From contig JAHRWI010000172.1 in the NCBI GenBank assembly GCA_019090225.1, positions 1 through 53,310 of the forward strand: DNA of 53,310 nucleotides. The letters are read 5' to 3'. The translations under genes and the position numbers were made by a program. Of this stretch, positions 1-10,044 are shown piece by piece (the first letter of the stretch is position 1; every line of letters starts with the position of its first letter). The stretch comes from Porticoccaceae bacterium (GTDB lineage: Bacteria > Pseudomonadota > Gammaproteobacteria > Pseudomonadales > Porticoccaceae). The notes below the pieces were generated by a model, which saw only the letters and a program-made list of their open reading frames with translations, was not told the origin of the DNA and did no database searches.

Positions 1-61
1 GATTCGAACCAGCGACCAATTGGTTAAAAGCCAACTGCTCTACCAACTGAGCTAACGGCCC
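1..61 (-). tRNA. tRNA-Lys (anticodon UUU), 5' 61 nt only; the 3' acceptor end lies outside the window
   Basis: The reverse complement of 1-61 reads GGGCCGTTAGCTCAGTTGGTAGAGCAGTTGGCTTTTAACCAATTGGTCGCTGGTTCGAATC. It shows a D-arm, the anticodon loop CTTTTAA and the T-arm GGTTCGAATC. It is close to the canonical gammaproteobacterial tRNA-Lys. Confidence 0.9.
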
Positions 62-115
62 GGCGAAGAGGCGCATATCATACTTATCAAGACTTAAAGG
101 TCAAGCTGAATATGG

Positions 116-841
116 CTATTTATAGCGCGTAGGGTCAGGGATCTGAGCTTCTGCAAAACCTTGCTGACGTATCTGGCAGCTGTCACAGCGTCCGCACGCT
201 AATCCGCCTGAGCTGGCCTGATAACAGGACACCGTCAAACTATAGTCAACGCCGAGATCCACACCCTGCTTGATGATCTCTGCCTTAGTCATAGAAATTA
301 GCGGCGTGTGGATATGAAAGGGCTGACCTTCAACGCTAGCGCGAGTAGCAAGGTTAGCCATATTTTCAAATGCAGCAATATATTCAGGCCGACAATCGGG
401 GTATCCAGAATAATCCACAGCATTAACGCCAATGAAGATATCGGTAGCGCCGAGGACTTCAGCCCAGCCCAGGGCAATCGATAAAAATACCGTATTACGG
501 GCTGGCACATAGGTCACAGGGATATTACTTGATGGGTCTTTTGGGGATGGGGCTTCGGAGGATGGCTCACCCACACCATTTCCTTCTGGCACCGCTATGC
601 TGTCGTCCGTGAGCGCAGAGCCACCAATGGCCTGCAGATCCAGCTTGACTAGCTTATGGGCGCTGGCCCCAAATTCATCACTGACACGCTGACCGGCATC
701 TAGCTCGCTACGATGGCGTTGGCCATAGTCAAAAGCCAGACAGTGGCAGGCAAAACCCTGTTTGCTAGCCATAGCTAATACGGTCGCCGAATCAAGTCCA
801 CCCGACACCAGTACAACTGCTTTCTTAATTTCCATAGACAT
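116..841 (-). CDS. queC: 7-cyano-7-deazaguanine synthase QueC
   Basis: 241 aa. PP-loop [16 protein letters not shown] motif and C-terminal Zn-binding cysteines (CGRCDSC). Adjacent to queE. Confidence 0.9.
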   Translation of the reverse strand: MSMEIKKAVVLVSGGLDSATVLAMASKQGFACHCLAFDYGQRHRSELDAGQRVSDEFGASAHKLVKLDLQAIGGSALTDDSIAVPEGNGVGEPSSEAPSPKDPSSNIPVTYVPARNTVFLSIALGWAEVLGATDIFIGVNAVDYSGYPDCRPEYIAAFENMANLATRASVEGQPFHIHTPLISMTKAEIIKQGVDLGVDYSLTVSCYQASSGGLACGRCDSCQIRQQGFAEAQIPDPTRYK

Positions 842-918
842 TACTAATTTATTATCACGATGTCACTCGCCATATTTGTGGGAGCGCTATTTTCTAAAGA
901 CAGTATTTACCAAGCACA

Positions 919-1569
919 TCACTTGCCGGGCACGTCACCCCATAACTGTTTATGGAGCTGGAGCTGCATTCTAACCGGCAGCTTATCTTCTAATATCCAC
1001 TCGGCCAGACTCCGTGGGCTGATTTGACTGAAGCTGGGTGAGAAGAGTATTTCCAGGTCTTGATCGAGAAGGCCATGCTGATCCAACCGTAAACGCGCCC
1101 AGTCGTAATCCTGACGATCACAAATAACAAATTTAATTTCGTCGCTAGTTTTTAGCTCGGCCAAATTTTGCCAATGATTCTTCGTCACTTCGCCTGAGCC
1201 TGGGGTCTTAATATCCAGGATAACCGCCACCCGAGGGTCTACATCTTTAATGGCTAGCGCACCACTGGTTTCCAGGGAGACCTTATAGTTGGCATCACAT
1301 AAGCGGGTCAGCAGGGACAAACAAATGGGCTGGGCCAGCGGCTCACCCCCGGTCACTGTGACATAAGATGCACCAAAGCCCGCCACCTTATTGAGAATCT
1401 CATCGACAGTGAATTTTTCACCGCCATGGAAAGCGTATTCGGTATCACAATACCCACAGCGAAGGGGGCAGCCGGTCAAACGAACAAAGGCCATAGGTAG
1501 ACCAACGGTCGAGGTCTCGCCCTGTAAGGAATAAAAAATCTCTGTAATACGAACGCTGTCGTCAGGCAT
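919..1569 (-). CDS. queE: 7-carboxy-7-deazaguanine synthase QueE (radical SAM)
   Basis: 216 aa. Radical-SAM cluster motif CPLRCGYCDT and TGGEPL motif. Synteny with queC. Confidence 0.9.
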   Translation of the reverse strand: MPDDSVRITEIFYSLQGETSTVGLPMAFVRLTGCPLRCGYCDTEYAFHGGEKFTVDEILNKVAGFGASYVTVTGGEPLAQPICLSLLTRLCDANYKVSLETSGALAIKDVDPRVAVILDIKTPGSGEVTKNHWQNLAELKTSDEIKFVICDRQDYDWARLRLDQHGLLDQDLEILFSPSFSQISPRSLAEWILEDKLPVRMQLQLHKQLWGDVPGK

Positions 1570-1757
1570 AGGGCTGGGAAGATTCAGGTCTTAGTAGGCT
1601 TGGGGCTCGGTAAATATGGGTCTCAATAGCGCAAGGGCCCGGTGATTTCAGTGTCAACAAACAAGGGGAGTAAAGGCTTTGGATCGTAAACTCTAGCAGC
1701 AGACATTTTACCGCAACTGGCCCTGATTCATCTAGCGGCCTACGAGGCCCCAGTGAA

Positions 1758-2657
1758 CTAGAAATTACGTAGTAAATAATCCTGCGCTAAACGGGCGGCG
1801 CTGTCCGAACCTTTTGCTACGCGCTCTAACAGTATTCTGGATTTATCCAGTTGATTTTGCAGGTGATAAACCTTACCTAACTTAAAGGTCGCATCGTTGA
1901 CCTTTCGATGGCCTGGATATTTTTGCACAACTGCGGAAAACTCAGTTGCTGCCTCAGGTAACTCACTACCCAAAAGATACACTTCCCCCAGCCAGTAGTG
2001 TGCGTTAGCCGTATACGGCCCCTGAGGATAATCCAGCAGGAATTGCTTAAGTGCAGCTTTTGCTTTATCTATCTGACGTGCTTTGAGCAGACCATAAGCC
2101 TGATCATAAGCAACTTTCTGCCTCAGCTCATTCTGCCCCGCTTGCGAAGTATTACCGGAGTTAAACTGCCCGTTCGCTAACTCCCTACCAGCCGACTCAA
2201 CTTCATTTGATTGCCGAGCGCTTGCCGTAGAGCCTCGCTCAGAGCCAGGCACCGCCCCCGTGTCTGCCAAGGGGGCTGACGCTAAACTCCCACTTGCCAC
2301 GGCTGATAAACGTCGATCCAGATCCAGGTAGTCCTCGCGCTGCCTTTTTTTCAAGAGGCTAAGCTCGTTGCTCTGCTCTTCCAGCAAGCCCCGCAGTTGT
2401 CGCAACTCTTCCATCAATAACTGCGTACGATAATACGGATCATTGCTGGCAGAGCCGTTATCCACAGCAGGATTGCCCACTGAGTGATTACTCGACCCGG
2501 CCTTTTTTACTTGCCCACCAAGCTCTTCGACCGGTGCGGCCCCATGACCAGGCATCGGAACCAATAAAAGAAGCATCAAAATAGAGGACAGGGAGGTGAC
2601 GATTGCGCGAATATTTTTCAATACTTTACTCGGCGAGTTAATCGATTGTTTATTCAA
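1758..2657 (-). CDS. cpoB: Tol-Pal system protein CpoB/YbgF (coiled coil + TPR)
   Basis: 299 aa. N-terminal signal sequence, coiled-coil segment (LMEELRQLRGLLEEQ) and C-terminal TPR-like repeats (YWLGEVYLL, FKLGKVY). Located directly downstream of pal. Confidence 0.85.
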   Translation of the reverse strand: MNKQSINSPSKVLKNIRAIVTSLSSILMLLLLVPMPGHGAAPVEELGGQVKKAGSSNHSVGNPAVDNGSASNDPYYRTQLLMEELRQLRGLLEEQSNELSLLKKRQREDYLDLDRRLSAVASGSLASAPLADTGAVPGSERGSTASARQSNEVESAGRELANGQFNSGNTSQAGQNELRQKVAYDQAYGLLKARQIDKAKAALKQFLLDYPQGPYTANAHYWLGEVYLLGSELPEAATEFSAVVQKYPGHRKVNDATFKLGKVYHLQNQLDKSRILLERVAKGSDSAARLAQDYLLRNF

Positions 2658-2812
2658 TGGTTTTATTTGAAAAGCAGGTATTCGACCGTGAATTCGGCAA
2701 TACTTTCGGTTGAAGATAACCAGACGCCAGGCCGATTCATAACGCGATTCATCATAGGCCTTTTAAATTATAAACACTTGAAATCACAGCGCTTTAACAA
2801 AATCTGGCGCAA

Positions 2813-2830
2813 GCCCGCCTCGCGGCGGGC
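2813..2830 (-). terminator. GC-rich hairpin between pal and cpoB (possible attenuator or weak terminator)
   Basis: GCCCGCC-tcgc-GGCGGGC perfect 7-bp stem, 25 nt downstream of the pal stop. No contiguous U-run follows. Confidence 0.3.
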
Positions 2831-2854
2831 CATCAAACGGTCGAGCCGCCTGGC

Positions 2855-3361
2855 TTACCTAATCTCTACACGTCGGTTCTGAGCCCAGGCGCTTTCACTG
2901 CTGGCCATAGCTGCTGGGCGTTCTTCACCATAACTGATGACCTCAAGCCCACTACCGTTAACACCTTGAAGCATCAGGAATTCTTTAACAGCCGCGCCTC
3001 GTCGCTCACCTAAGGCCATGTTGTATTCTCTGGTACCGCGCTCGTCGGCATGGCCTTCAAGACGCACACTGACCGGATTAGCAATCAATCGTTGGGCATG
3101 GATACGCAAGGCAGCCAGAGCTTCAGGCCGTAGAATCGCTTTATCGAACTCAAAATAGAACACAGTTTCGACATCGCCAGATGCATCAATAGCGCCGCCA
3201 TTAACACCATCACCACTAACACTGCCCGTAGTGACGTCACCGTTTGAAACCGCCCCGGTATTACTACCAGTACTGGTGGTCGACGGCGAGCTTGAACACG
3301 CTGCCAAAAAGAGGGATAACAGACTGATTATAAAAGTAGTTCTTAAGACCGATTGCTTCAT
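2855..3361 (-). CDS. pal: peptidoglycan-associated lipoprotein Pal
   Basis: 168 aa. Lipobox LAAC and OmpA-like C-terminal domain ([27 protein letters not shown]). Confidence 0.92.
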   Translation of the reverse strand: MKQSVLRTTFIISLLSLFLAACSSSPSTTSTGSNTGAVSNGDVTTGSVSGDGVNGGAIDASGDVETVFYFEFDKAILRPEALAALRIHAQRLIANPVSVRLEGHADERGTREYNMALGERRGAAVKEFLMLQGVNGSGLEVISYGEERPAAMASSESAWAQNRRVEIR

Positions 3362-3413
3362 TTGTTTCTCCTGAGGGGGTGGAAACCTGATGGTACAGGC
3401 GTACTGTAAACGA

Positions 3414-4721
3414 TTATCTTAAAAAGGGCGACCATGCTGGCTCTCTTACATCTCCAAGCCGGGAAGGCAGTATGTATTTAACGCCCGCATCTATCGACAC
3501 TGCGGCCAACACGCCTTTACCGCCAGCCTTAGTTGCGTATAACAACATCGCGCCATTAGGTGCCACCGTTGGTGATTCATCGAGACGGGTAGACGTGAGT
3601 ATTCTTAAATCTCCGGTAACAAGATCCTGGGATGCGATATGAAACACACCCTTATTTCTGTGCACCATCACCAATGTTCGACCATCTGCAGCCAGCCGCG
3701 GTCGCGCATTGTAGGATCCGCTAAAAGTTAAGCGTTGCAGCTTGCCCGTAGCGATAGTCAGCTTATAAATTTGTGGCGAACCACCCCGGTCCGAGGTAAA
3801 TACGACAGCATCGCCATCCGGCGTCCAATTGGGCTCGGTATCGATGGAGAAGTGCCGAGTCAAACGGGTAAAACTTCGAGTCAACAAACTATAGAGATAG
3901 ATTTCAGGATTACCGTCTTTAGACAGAACAATGGCCAACTGTTTGCCATCAGGGGACCAGGCCGGTGCGCCATTAAGGCCTCGAAAATTAGTCAGCTGCT
4001 CACGTTTCGCACCGGACAATTTTTGTCGAAAGATCGCCGGGCGACCAGTTTCGAAAGACACATAAACCAGCTCCTTACCATCCGGAGACCAATTTGGCGA
4101 CATAATCGGCTCTTTAGACTTGAGCATCAGCCGTTCCCGCGCCCCATCCGAGTCGGAGACCATCAATCGATAGACCAAAGCCCCACCTTCTGGGTTCGCG
4201 GTAACGTAGGCGAGTCGGGTAGAAAAAGCCCCTCGAATACCGGTAATAGCCTCAAACACTTTATCGCTAATGTAATGCGCGACATCCCGTAATTCATTGC
4301 CGGAACCCTGCACTCGGTGAGTGAATACCGTTCGTTCACTGGGCACTTCAAGCAGGCTGAACGTTATCTGGCTGCGACCATCGGACTGCGTGGCTGCTTT
4401 ACCGACCACCAGATACTCCATGCCGATAATTCGCCAGTCCCGGAAATATACATCTTTGACCGTCGCCGGATGGGACAACATATTGGCCCGTGGCATAGCC
4501 TCAAACAAACCGCTGCGGCGCAAATCCTCAGAGATAATCGCGCTTAGATCCACGTCCGCCGTACTCCCCAGCCGAATTGGTGCTACGGCAATTTGAGTTG
4601 GATTATCTGCGCCGCTGGTGATCTCGATAGTCAATTCCGCATGGGCCTGAGCAACGAGTACCAGCCCGAGCAAGAACGCGAATGCTAACCTGCCAATGCG
4701 TGTGTAAATGGGTTTAAACAA
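3414..4721 (-). CDS. tolB: Tol-Pal system beta-propeller protein TolB
   Basis: 435 aa. Signal peptide (AQAHA) and repeated WSPDG/WTPDG propeller blades. TTG start with a GGAG Shine-Dalgarno sequence 6 nt upstream. Confidence 0.93.
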   Translation of the reverse strand: MFKPIYTRIGRLAFAFLLGLVLVAQAHAELTIEITSGADNPTQIAVAPIRLGSTADVDLSAIISEDLRRSGLFEAMPRANMLSHPATVKDVYFRDWRIIGMEYLVVGKAATQSDGRSQITFSLLEVPSERTVFTHRVQGSGNELRDVAHYISDKVFEAITGIRGAFSTRLAYVTANPEGGALVYRLMVSDSDGARERLMLKSKEPIMSPNWSPDGKELVYVSFETGRPAIFRQKLSGAKREQLTNFRGLNGAPAWSPDGKQLAIVLSKDGNPEIYLYSLLTRSFTRLTRHFSIDTEPNWTPDGDAVVFTSDRGGSPQIYKLTIATGKLQRLTFSGSYNARPRLAADGRTLVMVHRNKGVFHIASQDLVTGDLRILTSTRLDESPTVAPNGAMLLYATKAGGKGVLAAVSIDAGVKYILPSRLGDVREPAWSPFLR

Positions 4722-4733
4722 GGGTGGCTCCTT

Positions 4734-4781
4734 TCTAAAGTACGGTTAATCTAAAGTACAGCTAATCTAAAGCACGGTTAA
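4734..4781. repeat. 3 tandem copies of a 16-nt unit in the tolA-tolB intergenic region
   Basis: The units are tctaaagtacggttaa (4734-4749), tctaaagtacagctaa (4750-4765) and tctaaagcacggttaa (4766-4781). Pairwise identity is 14-15 of 16. The array ends 4 nt from the tolB Shine-Dalgarno sequence. Confidence 0.85.
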
Positions 4782-4847
4782 AGTGCTCTCTACTAAATCA
4801 GCTTTAACTAAACAAGTTTCGCTGGGCACCATTTTCATTGGATACCA

Positions 4848-5624
4848 TTACAAACGTAAATCATCGGGGGTGAAAATCAACTTAAAATGCCTGAAGGTCT
4901 CTTCAAAGACCCTTGGGCTCGCCTCCGATAACTCCTGTAGCTTTTCAAAGCGCTCGACCTTATAAACAGCCTGTTCTGCGGAGCGATCAAAGGCATCATT
5001 GCCACTAGACCTCTCCACCGAAACGGCTATCACTCGCCCTGTAGGCACCAACTGAATGCTCAATACCACCTCCATCCCTCTGCGTGCGCTCGGCGGTCGA
5101 CTCCAATTATTGACGATACGATCCCGTATATAGGCACTGTAACTGCCGACTAGCTGGTCGTCCTGTTCCGCAGTGATATATTCTTCTTCTTCATCAAGAG
5201 CGTCAGCAAAAGCCTGCTCCTGTTTACGTCGAAGTGCTTCTGCGGCCTTTTCTCGCTCCTGTCGCAAGCGCTCCTTTTTTGCGAGTTCTTGTTTCTGCTT
5301 CTGTTTCTGCTTTTTCTCATTCCGCAAACGCGTTAGACGTTTGCTTTCCTCCAACTTCTTCGCTTCAGTGCGTTTTTTTGCTGCCAGTTCCTTTTGCTTA
5401 TTATCAACAGGTTTAGGCTTTACCGGCTTTTTGGCCACCTGTTTTTTTGTCACAGGCGCTTTGGGTGGCTTGACCTGTAACAAGGTCGCCTGAATATAGC
5501 GGGGTCGGATCTGCACCTCCTTTTTGCCCGGCGTCCAGCCAATAATCACCACTGCCAACAACAAGCCATGGAGAGTCAGGCTACAAAAAATCGCAGCTGA
5601 ATAGCCCGGCAACTTACCCTTCAC
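4848..5624 (-). CDS. tolA: Tol-Pal system protein TolA
   Basis: 258 aa. N-terminal TM with an S-x3-H motif (SLTLHG), a long K/E/Q/A-rich helical domain and a small C-terminal domain. Located between tolR and tolB. Confidence 0.88.
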   Translation of the reverse strand: MKGKLPGYSAAIFCSLTLHGLLLAVVIIGWTPGKKEVQIRPRYIQATLLQVKPPKAPVTKKQVAKKPVKPKPVDNKQKELAAKKRTEAKKLEESKRLTRLRNEKKQKQKQKQELAKKERLRQEREKAAEALRRKQEQAFADALDEEEEYITAEQDDQLVGSYSAYIRDRIVNNWSRPPSARRGMEVVLSIQLVPTGRVIAVSVERSSGNDAFDRSAEQAVYKVERFEKLQELSEASPRVFEETFRHFKLIFTPDDLRL

Positions 5625-5689
5625 AGGCCTTGCCCACCCTTCGCGAAGCCATGGGCTTTTTGGCCACCAACTTTATTAAACACAAACTA

Positions 5690-6130
5690 TTAGCGCTTCC
5701 CTGCTGGCGCTTCGGTCACCAGGCCGACACTGGCGGCACCAGCACCCTGCAATTGCGCCATCAGGTTAACAACAATACCGTATTCAACCCTGGTATCCCC
5801 CCAGACCAGTACCGGCGTATCGGGCTTCTGGGCCAGCACCTTGCCGACTTTAGTGACAATATCCAGCAAGGGTTCCTGAAGGTTCTTGCCATTACCCAGA
5901 TCGACGTAGTAGCTGCCATCTGCCTTGATAGAAACGATCAGTGGGTCCTTGGCTTTATCGTCCAGAGGGCTGGAGGGTGCTTTCGGCAAATCAACTTTTA
6001 CGCCCTGCATCAGCAGGGGCGCAGTGATCATAAAGACAATCAACAGCACCAGCATCACGTCGATGTAGGGCACAACATTGATTTCGGCGACAAATCGCCG
6101 CTTGCGTCTAGCAGGTTTTTTACTGGCCAT
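5690..6130 (-). CDS. tolR: Tol-Pal system protein TolR (ExbD/TolR family)
   Basis: 146 aa. Single TM AEINVVPYIDVMLVLLIVFMITAP with the conserved intramembrane Asp (D24). Confidence 0.92.
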   Translation of the reverse strand: MASKKPARRKRRFVAEINVVPYIDVMLVLLIVFMITAPLLMQGVKVDLPKAPSSPLDDKAKDPLIVSIKADGSYYVDLGNGKNLQEPLLDIVTKVGKVLAQKPDTPVLVWGDTRVEYGIVVNLMAQLQGAGAASVGLVTEAPAGKR

Positions 6131-6132
6131 AA

Positions 6133-6822
6133 TTAATTACTGTGTACCCGACGATGCAGCACGCTGGAAAACTCATCAGAAAAGGTTTCGTAGGCGTTAT
6201 AAAGCACATCGGCGTTGGCCGAAAAACGGTTATAGGCCAGCACGGCGGGAATGGCCGCGAATAAGCCCATGGCGGTGGCGATTAGCGCCTCCGAAATACC
6301 CGGCGCTACGGTCGCAAGGGTAGCCTGCTGAACATTCGCCAGACCACGAAATGAGTGCATAATACCCCAAACGGTGCCAAACAGGCCGATATAAGGGCTC
6401 ACCGAGGCAACACTGGCGAGAAACGGCAGATGCCGGTTGAGCTTCTCTTCTTCCCTCGACAGGGCCACTCGCATGGCTCGCTCGACGCCTTCCATTACCG
6501 CATCTGGGTCTGTCCCCCCACCTTGAGAAAGGCGGTTGAATTCACGAAAACCGGCGCGAAACAGATTTTCTACACCATCTACCATATTGTCTTTATTAAG
6601 CCGATTATTACCGCTCCGAAACAACTCATTGAGATCCACACCGGACCAAAAGGTGCCTTCAAACTTCTTTAAATCAACGCGGGTTTGCCGAATATACAGA
6701 CCCCGCTGGACGATCATCACCCAGGACACGACGGACGCGGCCAAAAGTATCAGCATCACCAACTGTACCGGTACTGTGGCACCGACGACCAATGCCCACA
6801 AAGATAGTTGTTCAGTCACCAA
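6133..6822 (-). CDS. tolQ: Tol-Pal system protein TolQ (MotA/ExbB/TolQ family)
   Basis: 229 aa. Three TM segments, with motifs PYIGLFGTVWGI and APGISEALIATAMGLFAAIP. Confidence 0.93.
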   Translation of the reverse strand: MVTEQLSLWALVVGATVPVQLVMLILLAASVVSWVMIVQRGLYIRQTRVDLKKFEGTFWSGVDLNELFRSGNNRLNKDNMVDGVENLFRAGFREFNRLSQGGGTDPDAVMEGVERAMRVALSREEEKLNRHLPFLASVASVSPYIGLFGTVWGIMHSFRGLANVQQATLATVAPGISEALIATAMGLFAAIPAVLAYNRFSANADVLYNAYETFSDEFSSVLHRRVHSN

Positions 6823-6888
6823 ATACTCCTGTTCGTGTTTGCCAATAAAACTCTGTTAATAAAGCGATTAGGTTGGTCCGCAAAATAT

Positions 6889-7299
6889 TCAAACCATGTC
6901 CTGGCCAAAAACTTTTTCCAATAACTCTTTAGGCATGGCCACCGGCCGGTTGGTACGCTGATTGACACAAGCGACTTTGATATGCCCGGTGCAGAGTAGT
7001 TCCTCATCTCGGAAAACATTTTGTTCCACTGTGAAATAAGCCCGACCGTGACCTGAACCCTGAGCGGTAACGACGATTTGATCGTCCAGTCTGGCGGGCT
7101 TTTTGTAATCTGCAGTCAGGGAATGGACGACAAATATCTTGTCATCATCCCAAAATGCCGGACTGGCAAAACCATAGCTGCGCAGCCAGTCGGAGCGCGC
7201 ACGTTCCATATACTTAAGGTAATTGACGTAATAGACGATGCCCTGGGCATCTGTGTCTTCAATATAAACCCTGATCGGCAGCCTGAATTCCTTGCTCAC
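6889..7299 (-). CDS. ybgC: tol-pal-associated acyl-CoA thioesterase YbgC (hotdog fold)
   Basis: 136 aa. 4HBT-type N-terminus VYIEDTDAQGIVYYVNY. Positioned upstream of tolQ. Confidence 0.88.
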   Translation of the reverse strand: MSKEFRLPIRVYIEDTDAQGIVYYVNYLKYMERARSDWLRSYGFASPAFWDDDKIFVVHSLTADYKKPARLDDQIVVTAQGSGHGRAYFTVEQNVFRDEELLCTGHIKVACVNQRTNRPVAMPKELLEKVFGQDMV

Positions 7300-7360
7300 G
7301 ATGCTTGCTGTTTCCTTTTCAATTTTAATTTCAATTTAAACTCAAAGACCAATAGCAAGA

Positions 7361-8413
7361 TCAACTATCAAGCAGCGCCTGCTGCTCGGCGAGGTTTTTC
7401 GGCATGCTCAGGCCAAAATGCTCGTAGGCCTGGTTAGTGACTACCCGCCCTCGTGAGGTGCGCATCAAATAACCCTGCTGAATCAAAAATGGCTCGACCA
7501 CGTCCTCGACAGTGCCGCGCTCTTCGCTGATGGCAGCGGCAATACTGTCCACACCTACCGGGCCACCGTCGAACTTTTCGATAATCGTCATTAACAAACG
7601 TCGGTCCATTTGATCAAAACCCAGACCATCGACATTGAGCATATTTAAAGCCAGGTCGGCGATTTCGGCGGTGATATTACCATCGGCTTTTACCTCGGCA
7701 TAATCCCTGACTCGTCGCAGCAGGCGGTTGGCAATACGCGGCGTGCCCCGTGAGCGTCGCGCTATTTCTACCGCGCCCTGAGCTTCAATCGGAACGTCAA
7801 ATATCGTCCCGGCACGGCTGATAATGGCGGTCAGTTCCTCTATGGAATAAAATTCCAGGCGTTGGACAATGCCAAAACGATCCCGTAGTGGCGAGGTCAA
7901 CAAACCGGCCCGAGTAGTTGCGCCGACCAGGGTAAAAGGTGGTAAATCCAGTTTAATGGAGCGCGCCGCCGGACCTTCGCCGATCATGATATCGAGCTGG
8001 AAGTCTTCCATAGCCGGGTAAAGAATTTCCTCCACTACCGGACTTAGGCGGTGGATTTCATCGATAAACAATACATCGTTGTGTTCAAGGTTGGTCATTA
8101 AAGCGGCGAGATCACCAGCTTTTTCCAGCACCGGTCCGGAGGTGGTTTTCAAACCGACACCCATTTCATTGGCAATAATATGAGCGATGGTGGTTTTACC
8201 CAACCCAGGGGGACCGAAGACAAGGGTATGATCCAGGGCTTCGCTACGCTTGCACGCCGCCTGAATAAAAATATCCATCTGTTCACACATGGCGGTCTGA
8301 CCAACATAGTCGGCCAGGCTGGTGGGGCGAATAGCCTTCTCTAAACGCTCTTCGTCCAAACGTTCTTTGGCATCGGTATGGGTCGCAGCTACCAGACGAT
8401 CAGTTTCTATCAT
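7361..8413 (-). CDS. ruvB: Holliday junction branch migration ATPase RuvB
   Basis: 350 aa. Walker [10 protein letters not shown], Walker [10 protein letters not shown] and sensor region [16 protein letters not shown]. Confidence 0.95.
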   Translation of the reverse strand: MIETDRLVAATHTDAKERLDEERLEKAIRPTSLADYVGQTAMCEQMDIFIQAACKRSEALDHTLVFGPPGLGKTTIAHIIANEMGVGLKTTSGPVLEKAGDLAALMTNLEHNDVLFIDEIHRLSPVVEEILYPAMEDFQLDIMIGEGPAARSIKLDLPPFTLVGATTRAGLLTSPLRDRFGIVQRLEFYSIEELTAIISRAGTIFDVPIEAQGAVEIARRSRGTPRIANRLLRRVRDYAEVKADGNITAEIADLALNMLNVDGLGFDQMDRRLLMTIIEKFDGGPVGVDSIAAAISEERGTVEDVVEPFLIQQGYLMRTSRGRVVTNQAYEHFGLSMPKNLAEQQALLDS

Positions 8414-8552
8414 GGTTTCCAGTGGCGCTTATTTCTGGTGACTGTTGCCAGCATGGAACCTGGCTTGGTCATGACTGCTTGAGTCGCGGCTGATGCCACC
8501 AGATTCGTTAAATCGAACTCGTTTAATTCGTTGCTAGAATAGCGCTACAGCC

Positions 8553-9164
8553 TTAACTTTTCACTACACTTTTTAGGGCCAGGCGAATCAATTCTTCACT
8601 GGGTGGCGTATCTTCGCCTTTAATAAGATGCGCACCCACCATGCGCGTGGCTTCCTGAGGTTTATAGCCCAGGGATATCAAGGCATGTTCAGCTTCAAGA
8701 ATACCGGCTTTACCTGTCGCCTGTTGAGGGATAGCTCCCCCAGCGTCAGGCGTGCCACTCCAGTTATCAAGGCGATCACGCATTTCGACCAACAAACGCT
8801 CCGCCGTTTTTTTGCCGACCCCCGGCAAGCGCACCAGAGTCGCGCTGTCATTATTTTGCACGCAGCTAACAAATTCATGAGCACTCATGCCCGACAAAAT
8901 CGCCAGGGCTAACTTTGGGCCAACGCCACTAATCTTGATTAGCTCTCTAAATAGTTGCCGCTCGCTATCTTCACCAAAACCGTAAAGCAGTTGCGCGTCT
9001 TCTCTGACCACCAGGTGGGTGTGCAGACTAAGTGGCTGATTCAGCTCCGGCAAATTAAAAAAGGTATTGAGTGAGACCTGCACCTCATAGCCGATGCCCT
9101 GCACATCAATCAACAACTGAGGTGCCTGTTTTTCTAGCAAGGTGCCGCGAATCCGGCCAATCAT
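8553..9164 (-). CDS. ruvA: Holliday junction DNA-binding protein RuvA
   Basis: 203 aa. N-terminus MIGRIRG..L and helix-hairpin-helix motifs ([21 protein letters not shown]). Confidence 0.93.
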   Translation of the reverse strand: MIGRIRGTLLEKQAPQLLIDVQGIGYEVQVSLNTFFNLPELNQPLSLHTHLVVREDAQLLYGFGEDSERQLFRELIKISGVGPKLALAILSGMSAHEFVSCVQNNDSATLVRLPGVGKKTAERLLVEMRDRLDNWSGTPDAGGAIPQQATGKAGILEAEHALISLGYKPQEATRMVGAHLIKGEDTPPSEELIRLALKSVVKS

Positions 9165-9280
9165 AGGTAACTGCCTTTGAGGATAATAATTGCTCTTGGT
9201 TTAGTGATTTCCATCAATGCCTTCAAGTTCTGCACCTTTAAATTCCGAGAAGTTACCATTGAATCGACGCCTTATTTTCG

Positions 9281-9799
9281 CTACTTTCTACGACCATGAG
9301 AGTAACCTTTAGACGCTATTAAATCGGGATGCCTGGTCAGGCTGTGAGCATGACAGATTGCCACTGCCAACGCATCGGCGGCGTCTTCTGCAGGAGCGGC
9401 CGACAAACTCAACAGGCGCATCACCATATGCTGCACCTGCTCTTTAGTCGCTGAACCGGTTCCCACCACCGCTTGCTTGACCGTACGAGCGCTGTATTCA
9501 GCCACCGGCAAGTCGGCATCAACACCCGCAACAATCGCCGCACCACGAGCCTGTCCCAAACGCAGCGCCGCCCGGGGGTCTCGGGCAAAGAAGACTTCCT
9601 CGACGGCCATTAATTCCGGTTGATGTTGCTCAATCAATTCCCCAACACTATCGAAAATCACCTTCAGGCGCGCCGGTAATTCGCCCTCCGAAAGACGGAT
9701 AATCCCGCTGGTAACATAGCTCGTTACCGCTCCCTTCGCATCAATGATGCCGAAGCCCGTCTTGCGAGAACCGGGATCTATGCCGAGTATTCGTGTCAT
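9281..9799 (-). CDS. ruvC: crossover junction endodeoxyribonuclease RuvC
   Basis: 172 aa. [15 protein letters not shown]-terminus and RNase H-like fold signature. Confidence 0.93.
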   Translation of the reverse strand: MTRILGIDPGSRKTGFGIIDAKGAVTSYVTSGIIRLSEGELPARLKVIFDSVGELIEQHQPELMAVEEVFFARDPRAALRLGQARGAAIVAGVDADLPVAEYSARTVKQAVVGTGSATKEQVQHMVMRLLSLSAAPAEDAADALAVAICHAHSLTRHPDLIASKGYSHGRRK

Positions 9800-9989
9800 C
9801 GATTAATTGTCATGGCTTAACAGTCATAGATAAGGTGTCATGAATTAATTGTCCTCGTCGAGCATTAACTAAACAGGTTAATCAATGTCCGACAGATTGC
9901 CAACAGATAACAGCGGGGCAAGCTATTTGCTATGCCTTATCCATATACAAAAATTCATATGCAAAAACTCTTATACAAAGCTCATATAT

Positions 9990-10012
9990 AAAAAAAGGCG
10001 ACATAAGCCGCC
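9990..10012 (-). terminator. Rho-independent terminator downstream of the small acidic ORF
   Basis: The minus strand reads GGCGGC-uuau-GUCGCC followed by UUUUUUU (A-run at 9990-9996 on the plus strand). It lies 32 nt after the stop at 10045. Confidence 0.7.
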
Positions 10013-10044
10013 CTCAGATATCCAGCCCAATCCGGGCACGGACA

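Noticed and set aside
1570-1757. preQ1 riboswitch or other leader upstream of queE/queC.
   Set aside because: I could not find the compact preQ1 aptamer hairpin with its conserved loop and A-rich tail. Queuosine biosynthesis genes in gammaproteobacteria are generally not riboswitch-controlled at this locus.
3735-4292. 185-aa ORF antisense to tolB, and similar long antisense ORFs on the track: 5173-5493 in tolA, 5630-6136 in tolR, 8628-8912 in ruvA, 40210-40602 and 40945-41376 in the 7TM/ATP-grasp genes, and 50593-51198 in the antiporter.
   Set aside because: Each lies entirely inside a well-supported gene on the opposite strand. They have skewed low-complexity composition (R/S/P/C-rich) and no recognisable motifs or ribosome-binding sites. 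These are typical shadow ORFs.
7317-7340. 12-nt tandem duplication tttcaattttaa/tttcaatttaaa between ruvB and ybgC.
   Set aside because: This is very AT-rich low-complexity sequence in a promoter-type spacer. Two copies of an A/T tract can arise by chance, and it is more likely an UP-element-like AT tract than a discrete element.
9165-9280. LexA (SOS) box upstream of ruvA.
   Set aside because: No CTGT-N8-ACAG-like palindrome was found by eye in the ruvC-ruvA spacer.
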